From positions 1-64,000 of the forward strand of contig MTMF02000008.1 in NCBI GenBank assembly GCA_002011125.2: DNA of 64,000 nucleotides, read 5' to 3'. This stretch comes from Candidatus Hydrothermarchaeum profundi. GTDB taxonomy: Archaea; Hydrothermarchaeota; Hydrothermarchaeia; Hydrothermarchaeales; Hydrothermarchaeaceae. The stretch's first letter is position 1. Each line of letters begins with the position of its first letter. This document shows, one piece after another, positions 12,610 through 20,239 of the stretch. The position numbers were made by a program, and so were the translations under genes. Below the pieces are notes generated by a model. It was not told the DNA's origin, searched no databases, and worked only from the letters and a program-made list of their open reading frames with translations.

Positions 12610-13617
12610 ATGAAGGTACTGCTAATAACCCAGTGGAAGCCTCGGAAGGGTGGTATAGTCACTCATGTGGACAATCTTATCAAAAATTCAAAAAATGATT
12701 TTATAATATTAACTTATGAAAAAACTATTGATCTTTCAGTTTTGAGAGCCTTTAGCTTTATTGTATATGGATTTTTTAGTGGTTTAAAAAAGAAATATGA
12801 TTTAATTCATGCTCATTACGCTTTTCCGCAAGGTTTCTTAGGAGTATTGCTAAAAAAAATATCTAGAAAACCTCTAATACTCACAATACATGGATCTGAT
12901 ATATTAGTTCTTAAAAAAAACCCATTTACAAAGGCTTTTGTAAAATATGTTTTAAAGAATTCTGATAAGATTATTGCGGTGAGCGAATACTTACGTAAAG
13001 AAGCCATAGAGATGGGCGTAAATGAAGATAAAATAATAGTTGTATACGGAGGAATCCCAAGAGCTATTAGACGAAAAAATGTAGAACCTGAGGATTCGAT
13101 ATGCTTTATCGGCAGCTTAGTGAAACAGAAAGGGGTTGATATCCTAATAAACGCTGTTAGAAAAGTAAAAAAGTCGAGGCCTAATGTGAAACTTTACATA
13201 GTGGGGGACGGGAAGGAGAGGAAAAAACTAGAGGCTTTATCTAAATATGATCCCGATATATATTTTACTGGAGAGGTAGGGGATTTGTCTGAAGTTTTAA
13301 GTAAATGCAAGGTGATGGTACTCCCATCTAGAGAAGAGGGATTTGGACTGGTACTTCTAGAGGCTATGGTTGCTGGCGTGCCTGTGGTTGCAACAAATGT
13401 TGGAGGGATCCCTGAAATAATAGAGGATGGAGTAAACGGGCTCTTAGTTGAGAGCGAGGACCCTGATGGACTTGCGAGGGCTATCTTGAAAGTGCTTGAT
13501 GATGAGAAGCTACGTGTGAAGTTGGTTGAGAATGGGAAAAAAATAGTGCAAAAATATAGCTGGGAGAGAATGGCTAATGAAATTGATAGGATATATGAGG
13601 AGTTTCTTGTTTCCTGA
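12610..13617 (+). CDS. GT4 family glycosyltransferase
   Basis: GGIVTHV, IHAHY, TIHGSD, KQKGVD, PSREEGFGLVLLEAM, ATNVGGIPE. Confidence 0.92.
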   Translation: MKVLLITQWKPRKGGIVTHVDNLIKNSKNDFIILTYEKTIDLSVLRAFSFIVYGFFSGLKKKYDLIHAHYAFPQGFLGVLLKKISRKPLILTIHGSDILVLKKNPFTKAFVKYVLKNSDKIIAVSEYLRKEAIEMGVNEDKIIVVYGGIPRAIRRKNVEPEDSICFIGSLVKQKGVDILINAVRKVKKSRPNVKLYIVGDGKERKKLEALSKYDPDIYFTGEVGDLSEVLSKCKVMVLPSREEGFGLVLLEAMVAGVPVVATNVGGIPEIIEDGVNGLLVESEDPDGLARAILKVLDDEKLRVKLVENGKKIVQKYSWERMANEIDRIYEEFLVS

Positions 13618-14755
13618 GATAGCTTTTCCATTTTTATATTTTCTTTTCCTTTTTTCGGCTTTTTTGTCTTATAATATTGAATCAACCAGCAGGTTTCTCT
13701 CTAGCCCGAGCATAATGAGCTATATTTTAAGTGTGCTTGGTATAACTATTTTTATTATTTCAGCGAGATTAGCTAGGAGAATTAAAATACCTAACTCAAA
13801 TCTATGGGTAATACCTCTCATACTCGGCGGCTTTGGCTATATCACTCTAGATCTAGCATTTTCGATGAATCCTGTGGTTAAAATTATGATCTCAGGGGGA
13901 TTTGCTATTTCACTCTGGTTTATATCAAAAAATATAGATAAAGTCGCCTTACTAACTTATGCATCGTTTTTTTTAGCTTTGGTTGCAACTCTTCTTATTC
14001 TCTCTAGAGGTGTTCCGATATTAAATCCAGTTTTTAGAGAAGAATCAGCGGTTACTCCTCTCAGAGCATTATTTCATGGGTTTGCTGTGTTCTCTGCCGC
14101 TCTATTATCAATACATCAAAATAGGAGATATATTTTAGGAGTCTTTTTTTTAGCTTTTTTGGGCATTATATCCGGGTTTAAATCAGATGCAATAGCCATT
14201 CTCATCTCAGCCACTATAGCAGGGATATTAGTAAGGGAAGTTAAAACGAGAGATATCCTAGCGGTCTTCGCGACGATTTTGTTTATATTAACTATAGTAA
14301 GTACTTACATAGCTAGAAGTTCCTATGGCGAGTGGAGTATCCATCCTATGTTATATATTTTTTATAGAATGGGTTTTACTTTCTCGGTGTTTGACAAGAT
14401 TGTTGCAATGAGTCTTCCTTTTGGTGTTACATTTGGAAAAGCTCTGTTAAGTCCCTCTCAAGAGATTATTAGTACTGTTGTATTAAACTATGATACTCCT
14501 CATATTATAACTTCTTCTCTCTTTGGTCCTGGGACTTTAGATTTCGGTATTTTAGGGTTAATATTAACTGCGTGCACTATTGGAGCTTTACTTGGAATTT
14601 TCCATGAGATGATCGAAAAACCTGTTCAGGCTTGCTTGTATTCCATTGCCTTAACGCACGCGTTTATTTTAGTAGAAGTAGGGCTACAACCAACAAGCTT
14701 TATATTCCTCTTCTCATTATTTTATTTGGCCATTGAAGCAAGAGAGAAAGAATAA
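13577..14755 (+). CDS. Second Wzy-like/DUF70-type repeat-unit polymerase membrane protein
   Basis: GVPIL, SGFKS, ITSSLFGPGTLDFGILG, LVEVG; paralogous motifs to 10223..11524. Confidence 0.65.
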   Translation: MKLIGYMRSFLFPEIAFPFLYFLFLFSAFLSYNIESTSRFLSSPSIMSYILSVLGITIFIISARLARRIKIPNSNLWVIPLILGGFGYITLDLAFSMNPVVKIMISGGFAISLWFISKNIDKVALLTYASFFLALVATLLILSRGVPILNPVFREESAVTPLRALFHGFAVFSAALLSIHQNRRYILGVFFLAFLGIISGFKSDAIAILISATIAGILVREVKTRDILAVFATILFILTIVSTYIARSSYGEWSIHPMLYIFYRMGFTFSVFDKIVAMSLPFGVTFGKALLSPSQEIISTVVLNYDTPHIITSSLFGPGTLDFGILGLILTACTIGALLGIFHEMIEKPVQACLYSIALTHAFILVEVGLQPTSFIFLFSLFYLAIEAREKE

Positions 14756-14761
14756 GTTTAT

Positions 14762-15862
14762 TTGAGAGGTGCTAAAATGCGACTTGACAGGTTTTGGGTC
14801 TCATTACTTTTAACGTTAGTAGTTTTACAATCTGTTACAATAAGTGCGTATAGGCTAACTTCAGAAGTGTCCCCAATAGAAGAATCTGGACCGCTTCAGT
14901 ATACCGTGCCCCCTACCTTAATTCCTAAAGAAACGCCTATCCCAACTACCACTACTCCACCAATCATGACTACCACGCCCCCTCCGCTAGCTGAGCCTTT
15001 ACAGCTTTTATGGAACTATGATACTGGGTGGGATGTGTATGGCGTAGACATATCCAGTAATGGAGAACTCATAGTCGCGGGCTCAAGGAACTACATTCTA
15101 TACCTCTTCAATAAAGATGGTGAAGTAATCTGGGAATTAGATATTGGTGCGCCTATTGATGATGTAGCTATATCTAGTGACGGAAATTACATTGTGGCTA
15201 CAAGTTATATTGTCCCAAAAGGAAAGTTATATCTCTTTGATGTTAAAGGAAACCAGCTCTGGAGTAAGGAGATAGCTAGCCCAATGAGGGGGGTTGACAT
15301 AACTGCTACTGGAGAGCTTATAGCAGTAGGAGCTGAAAATGGATATGTATACCTCTTTGATATAAAGGGAGAAGAAAAGTGGAAATTTAAGACCGATAAA
15401 AGCGCATATGGTGTTTGGGATGTTGCTTTTTCTCCAACAGAGGACTATATTGTCGCAGGGGTAGATGATATGAACATCTACGTCTTAGATATCAATGGTA
15501 ATCTATTATGGAAGAGGACTCCTGGAGAAAAAAGCTATATTTACGGAGTTGACGTAGCTGGAGGATATATTGGTGCAGCGGCTCAAAATTTGAATGTATA
15601 CCTCTATGATGAAAAAGGAAATAAGCTTTGGAGCTATAAAACCGAGTTCTCTAATTATGATGTAGCTATTTCCCCAGATAGCAGATTCATCGCAGTAGGC
15701 TCGTGGGATACTAATCTGTATTTGCTTGATAAAGAAGGGAATTTAATTATGAAATATGAGATAGGAGATTACGTTAATAGGGTATCTTTCTCTGGAGATG
15801 GAAGATACCTAGTAGTCGCTTCTGAGGATGATAACGTATACTTTTTCGAGCTTGGAGGTTGA
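14762..15862 (+). CDS. Secreted PQQ/WD40-like beta-propeller protein with Pro/Thr-rich linker
   Basis: Signal peptide; PIPTTTTPPIMTTTPPP linker; about seven repeats of V..VAIS.DG..I..GS.D..LYL.D..G...W. Confidence 0.8.
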   Translation: MRGAKMRLDRFWVSLLLTLVVLQSVTISAYRLTSEVSPIEESGPLQYTVPPTLIPKETPIPTTTTPPIMTTTPPPLAEPLQLLWNYDTGWDVYGVDISSNGELIVAGSRNYILYLFNKDGEVIWELDIGAPIDDVAISSDGNYIVATSYIVPKGKLYLFDVKGNQLWSKEIASPMRGVDITATGELIAVGAENGYVYLFDIKGEEKWKFKTDKSAYGVWDVAFSPTEDYIVAGVDDMNIYVLDINGNLLWKRTPGEKSYIYGVDVAGGYIGAAAQNLNVYLYDEKGNKLWSYKTEFSNYDVAISPDSRFIAVGSWDTNLYLLDKEGNLIMKYEIGDYVNRVSFSGDGRYLVVASEDDNVYFFELGG

Positions 15863-16793
15863 GTTTCTTTTAATAGTACCTCTGATACTCAGCTTTTTAG
15901 TCACTTTCTTGCTGACTCCTTTCTTATCTAAAGTACTCAGGGAAAGAGGAATAGTCGGGGTAGACCTTCACAAAGAAGAAAAACAGTATGTCCCAGAGAT
16001 GGTTGGAATAGCGATTCTCATCGGGTTTACATCATCAACTCTCGTAGCTTATTTAATCCTGAAAAGCCATAATATATCCCCCATAACTTTGGTAGCACTT
16101 CTCACGGGATTCCTCGGCATTATTGATGGGTTTAAAAAACTAACAGCACTACAAAAAATAGTTTTCCTCTCTTTAATTGGAGCAATTCTCATACCCTATT
16201 CTAATCTAGAGATATTAGGTTATGATGTTGGGGTCTTCTATCTTTTACTTGTTCCCATACTATTCATGTGCCTATCTAATTTTACTAACATGCTTGCTGG
16301 CTTTAATGGACTAGAAATCGGAACAGGAGCTATAGCGACAGCAGGGTTAGCTGTTATTTCATTCTTAGATGGTAAAGAATTAAGTTTTCTTATAAGTACA
16401 GGGTTACTCGGTTCTCTTATTGCCTTTTTATACTACAATAAGTATCCCGCTAAAGTATTCCCCGGGGATGTGGGTACTCTTATTATCGGTGCGGTATTAT
16501 TTTCATGTGCGGTTATAGATCAGCTTGATTTGATCGTGATAGGTGTACTTTTTTTTCCATATATTTTAGACGCTTGGTTAAAATACTTCTCAGCAGGAGT
16601 AATGACGCGAGAATCTCAGAGTCCTACTATAGTTAAAGAAGGAAAACTCTATATCCCAGAGAATAGTAATCTCTCACTTCCGAGGCTTATACTTAAAATT
16701 AAGCCTTTTACAGAGAAAGAAATAGTCTTGTGGATATGGCTAATAGAGGCAGTTTTTAGCGGACTAGCAATTTTGGTATCCTTCGCTTTTTAA
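15828..16793 (+). CDS. MraY/GPT-family polyprenyl-phosphate HexNAc-1-phosphate transferase (AglH-like)
   Basis: GVDLHK, VPEMVG, GIID, NFTNMLAGFNGLE, YNKYPAKVFPGDVGT. Confidence 0.85.
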   Translation: MITYTFSSLEVEFLLIVPLILSFLVTFLLTPFLSKVLRERGIVGVDLHKEEKQYVPEMVGIAILIGFTSSTLVAYLILKSHNISPITLVALLTGFLGIIDGFKKLTALQKIVFLSLIGAILIPYSNLEILGYDVGVFYLLLVPILFMCLSNFTNMLAGFNGLEIGTGAIATAGLAVISFLDGKELSFLISTGLLGSLIAFLYYNKYPAKVFPGDVGTLIIGAVLFSCAVIDQLDLIVIGVLFFPYILDAWLKYFSAGVMTRESQSPTIVKEGKLYIPENSNLSLPRLILKIKPFTEKEIVLWIWLIEAVFSGLAILVSFAF

Positions 16794-17206
16794 GATGGCT
16801 TCACAACTATCTCGCCGCTTGGGAGTACTCCCACCTCGAATTCAGTAAGCACTCTTCTACCTTTAATTTTATCGCCCGTTTTTTCTTTTAAAATACTAGA
16901 AAGATATGGAAAGCTATGCTTAACCCATATTCCCTTTTTATCTGCTGCTTTGTATATCTCCCTAACTGCATCATTTAGGTCGGTTTCTGGTTTTATGGCG
17001 ATCCATATCGCGGCATCTAGTGTCTTTACTAATTCCAAAGTATTTTTTGCTTTTTGAATATTCTTTAATGCACTTTTTTCAGTCGCAGATATGTTTGCCT
17101 TCGAAGTACCTAGCATTTTGGCTATTTCAACTTGGGAGTATCCTTGATTTCTGAGACGCAGTACCTCTACTTGACGTTCTGTTAAGATTATATTCTTTTT
17201 ATCCAT
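16790..17206 (-). CDS. tfx: Tfx-family DNA-binding protein
   Basis: LTERQVEVLRLRNQGYSQVEIAKMLGTSKANISATEKSALKNIQKAKNT followed by a Tfx-type C-terminal domain. Confidence 0.85.
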   Translation of the reverse strand: MDKKNIILTERQVEVLRLRNQGYSQVEIAKMLGTSKANISATEKSALKNIQKAKNTLELVKTLDAAIWIAIKPETDLNDAVREIYKAADKKGIWVKHSFPYLSSILKEKTGDKIKGRRVLTEFEVGVLPSGEIVVKPS

Positions 17207-17687
17207 TCTTGTACCCCTCTATGAGATCGGCAAGTTCTTTAATATCTTCAAATTTAAAGAGAGGGGCATCCGATTTTACAATGCCGTCACTAACCACTGC
17301 TATAAGGTTTTTTTTAGAGAACAACTTAAGGTCTTCTTCACTTTTTACTACCGCTATTTTGGGCGTATCAGCCTTGGTATAACCTTCAGTTAGTACAAAA
17401 TCTTCTGAATCTAAATATTCCGATACCAGGTTCTTCAGAAGATATTCCTTCTCTATATTTTTTGTGATCACAAGTCTGTCTGGTGAAGATATGATAACCG
17501 TGTCTGCCCCTGCAGCGAAATGCCTCCAAGTATCTTTCCCTGGCTCATCCATGGAAAAGCCATAGTGAATATGATGTTTTACGGTACCGATACGATATCC
17601 TCTGCTTTTAAGCTCAGCTATTAATCGTTCTATTAAAGTAGTCTTGCCAGATTTCTTTTTACCGACTATAGATATTATTGGGGGCAT
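17199..17687 (-). CDS. mobB: Molybdopterin-guanine dinucleotide biosynthesis protein B
   Basis: GKKKSGKTT P-loop, VKHH, DEPGKDTWRH, TEGY. Confidence 0.9.
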   Translation of the reverse strand: MPPIISIVGKKKSGKTTLIERLIAELKSRGYRIGTVKHHIHYGFSMDEPGKDTWRHFAAGADTVIISSPDRLVITKNIEKEYLLKNLVSEYLDSEDFVLTEGYTKADTPKIAVVKSEEDLKLFSKKNLIAVVSDGIVKSDAPLFKFEDIKELADLIEGYKNG

Positions 17688-17782
17688 ACTCTTCTTTTAA
17701 ATTTTTATAGCTAAAAGCTTTTTTCTAAACTTTTTTTAAGCGCTCTTTAATATCTCCCTACTCTAAAAAACTAATCAATTAT

Positions 17783-18373
17783 CTATGTTGCGATAACTTG
17801 GTAGTATTCGTTATTCACACAACTTTTGCAAATTTTTGTCCCATTTTCTCTGACTACAAGTGCTAAAGGAATTAAGTCCCCACAATAATCGCACTTTACT
17901 ATTTCAGAGTTTTCGAACTCTTGCGTCAGTGAGATTTTTACTTTCTTAATGTCCAGATATTCTTCATTTAACTCTAATAGTTGATAGCTCAATTCTTTCT
18001 CTTCATCTCTGGTAAGCTTCCTTTCTCTCATCATCCATCTCTTCATCAGGCTGGATAACCTATAGGCATCTTCCTTTAGTCCAACCCGTATCCCTACCTT
18101 CGTGTCCACCCTTGCTACCGTTATTGCAAGTTTACCATAATTCTTCACAATAGCGTTTCCATGGCCAAGAGTACATCCAGTAACAGCTTGAGCACCGTCA
18201 GCTAGACATCTAGCAGTTTCTGCTATGAGTATAGCTTTTTTGTTTCCTCTATTTATTCCTAATTTTTCCATAGCTATGCTACTCATCCTAACTCCCAGAG
18301 CGAGTCCAGGAGCGAGATGGCCATGCAGTTTAACCGCAAGTTCTAATGCTTCATCCTCGAGCATCATTAACAT
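17783..18373 (-). CDS. fmdE: FmdE-family protein with C-terminal Zn finger
   Basis: HGHLAPGLALG, CLADGAQAVTGCTLG, YGKLA, CDYC...CKSC. Confidence 0.85.
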   Translation of the reverse strand: MLMMLEDEALELAVKLHGHLAPGLALGVRMSSIAMEKLGINRGNKKAILIAETARCLADGAQAVTGCTLGHGNAIVKNYGKLAITVARVDTKVGIRVGLKEDAYRLSSLMKRWMMRERKLTRDEEKELSYQLLELNEEYLDIKKVKISLTQEFENSEIVKCDYCGDLIPLALVVRENGTKICKSCVNNEYYQVIAT

Positions 18374-18382
18374 ATTCCTCCT

Positions 18383-19582
18383 TTAAAACAAGTTTACCTC
18401 AATAACCTCTCCTTTCTCAATATTCCTTTCAGTAATTACATATCCATCGGCGACTGTAGCTCTGAGAGAAGATGCTATGGTTGAAACATTGTAAAAATCG
18501 TCTGAGCGCATGAATTGCATATGTGAATTCTGGAACCCTATCGGAATCGCCTTCTCGTCATTAACTTGTACGAATACAATATTAGCAAAGCCTTCAGTAG
18601 CCATTTTTATGTTTTCAGTAATTCTCAGTTTTTTTACAGGTCTTGCCGCATCTCCTAAGAAGTACTTCTGAAGATTAAGTTCGGCAGCCACAAAAGCACC
18701 GGTAGGTTTACCTGGAAGAGCAAAAATTGGTGTACTCTCAATTATTCCAACAGCTAAAGGTTTACCTGGTCTAGTTCTTACTCTATAAAAAATCAGAGTG
18801 CCGAGTTCCATTATAGCTTTGAGTACATAGTCTCTATTACCTACGGATACTCCGCCACTTGTAATAATCACGTCATATTTGCTTGCTTCCAAAAGTTTTT
18901 CAGTTAGTTTTTTTAGATCGTCTGGTACAGTTCCTAAGAATAGTGGATCGCATCCCCACTCCTTTAAGCAGGCCATTATCATAGGGGCATTTGTGTCTAT
19001 AATCATATTATTGTGAACTTCGTCCCCGGTTGATATGACTGCAACGTTGGGTTTCTTATACACTTTGACTTTACTTACTCCAGCTCCATAAAGTATTCCT
19101 ATCTCTTGCGGGCGTATCTGTGTTTTTTTTCTGAGAATTATCTCCCCTCTACGATAATTACTTCCGGCTTTCACTACTTTAGTCCACTTTTCTACGGGTT
19201 TGCCGTAAAGATTTTCTCCTTTAACTTCTGAATCCTCCAACTTCAAGACACAGTCGGCACCGTCGGGGAGATATGCACCTGTAGCTATACTGACAGCTTC
19301 TCCAGCTCTTAGTCTCGGAATATCCTTTTTTTCTGTACCAGCATAAACAGAGCCAACAATCTTTAATGGATAACTTTTAGAGTCTTCATGGCGAATTGCA
19401 AAACCATCATAAGAGGCCATGTGATAAGGCGGAGAATTTTCTTCTGACACTACATCCTCAGCTAATTCCCTATTGAGAGATTTTTCAACTGTCACAAATT
19501 CAGAATCACGGTTGTAGTAATATTTTTCTCTTAGTTCTGCGATTAAAGATTGAGACTCTTGTAAGGTAATTAACTCCTTCAT
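18383..19582 (-). CDS. moeA: Molybdopterin molybdenumtransferase
   Basis: ASYDGFA, IATGAYLPDGADCV, STGDE, DTNAPM, TSGGVSVG, RPGKP, LPGKP. Confidence 0.9.
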   Translation of the reverse strand: MKELITLQESQSLIAELREKYYYNRDSEFVTVEKSLNRELAEDVVSEENSPPYHMASYDGFAIRHEDSKSYPLKIVGSVYAGTEKKDIPRLRAGEAVSIATGAYLPDGADCVLKLEDSEVKGENLYGKPVEKWTKVVKAGSNYRRGEIILRKKTQIRPQEIGILYGAGVSKVKVYKKPNVAVISTGDEVHNNMIIDTNAPMIMACLKEWGCDPLFLGTVPDDLKKLTEKLLEASKYDVIITSGGVSVGNRDYVLKAIMELGTLIFYRVRTRPGKPLAVGIIESTPIFALPGKPTGAFVAAELNLQKYFLGDAARPVKKLRITENIKMATEGFANIVFVQVNDEKAIPIGFQNSHMQFMRSDDFYNVSTIASSLRATVADGYVITERNIEKGEVIEVNLF

Positions 19583-19645
19583 TTTTTTTTCTATATTGAT
19601 TTTACTAAATCAAATACTTTTATTTGATTTTGTGATAAAATCAAA

Positions 19646-19681
19646 TATAAATACTTTTTTTTGAAAAAAAATTTCAAATAA
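19646..19681 (-). promoter_or_regulatory. Promoter of the moeA operon: palindrome TTTGAAA-N5-TTTCAAA directly upstream of BRE (AAAAAAG) and TATA (TATTTATA)
   Basis: 19651-19681 matches 24201-24231 at 29/31 nt; about 65 nt upstream of the moeA ATG. Confidence 0.65.
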
Positions 19682-19898
19682 GTGTGAATGACTTATGTAA
19701 TTTTTTTTTAAATAGCTCTTAATTTTCGTTTCATGGTTAAGTAAGTAGATCAAGTGAATGAAAAATCTCACATTGAAAAAGGTGTTTAGAAATGTATTAA
19801 CCACATAACTTTTTGAACTACAATTTAAAGTTTTTTATTAAAATTTTCTTAATTTACGTATATTTATACGGAATCTAATATTTTAGAAAAAAAAGTTA

Positions 19899-20138
19899 TT
19901 ACTTAATATCTTCAACGTTAAAATATACCAGCTGGAAATCTATCACACAATTCCACTTTTCTATTTTTTTTGAAATACTTTCTAAATCTTCTGTTGTTTT
20001 TGCTTCTAATACGATAGCTATACCTTTACTACCCACCCCTTTGATCTCTACTCCTTTTAATTTTTTCAGAAGACTTTTAACTTTTTTTTCTTCCCTAGGC
20101 ATAGGCACTACAACAGCTCCAGCAATTGGCAAGTTCAT
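19899..20138 (-). CDS. napD: NapD signal-peptide chaperone
   Basis: 79 aa directly downstream of napA; IAGAVV...GVEI...KGIAIVLEA...VIDFQLVYF ferredoxin-like pattern. Confidence 0.8.
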   Translation of the reverse strand: MNLPIAGAVVVPMPREEKKVKSLLKKLKGVEIKGVGSKGIAIVLEAKTTEDLESISKKIEKWNCVIDFQLVYFNVEDIK

Positions 20139-20190
20139 ACCTCATTTTTTTTACCAACAACTAATTGATGTCTTTAACATTATCCTATTT

Positions 20191-20226
20191 TCATAAAAAA
20201 ATGAACCTCCTTCTAATAGAGGAGGT
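20191..20226 (-). terminator. Hairpin plus T-tract between napA and napD
   Basis: ACCTCCT(20205-11)/AGGAGGT(20220-26) stem followed on the minus strand by a T7 run. Confidence 0.4.
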
Positions 20227-20239
20227 AAAATTACCAGTT

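Noticed and set aside
14900-14990. Short ACC/ACT/CCA repeats
   Set aside because: They encode the Pro/Thr linker of the beta-propeller protein and are not a DNA-level repeat element.
19610-19804. 64-aa ORF upstream of moeA, and the similar 60719..60925 ORF
   Set aside because: Low-complexity translations of AT-rich promoter DNA that overlap the identified promoter elements.
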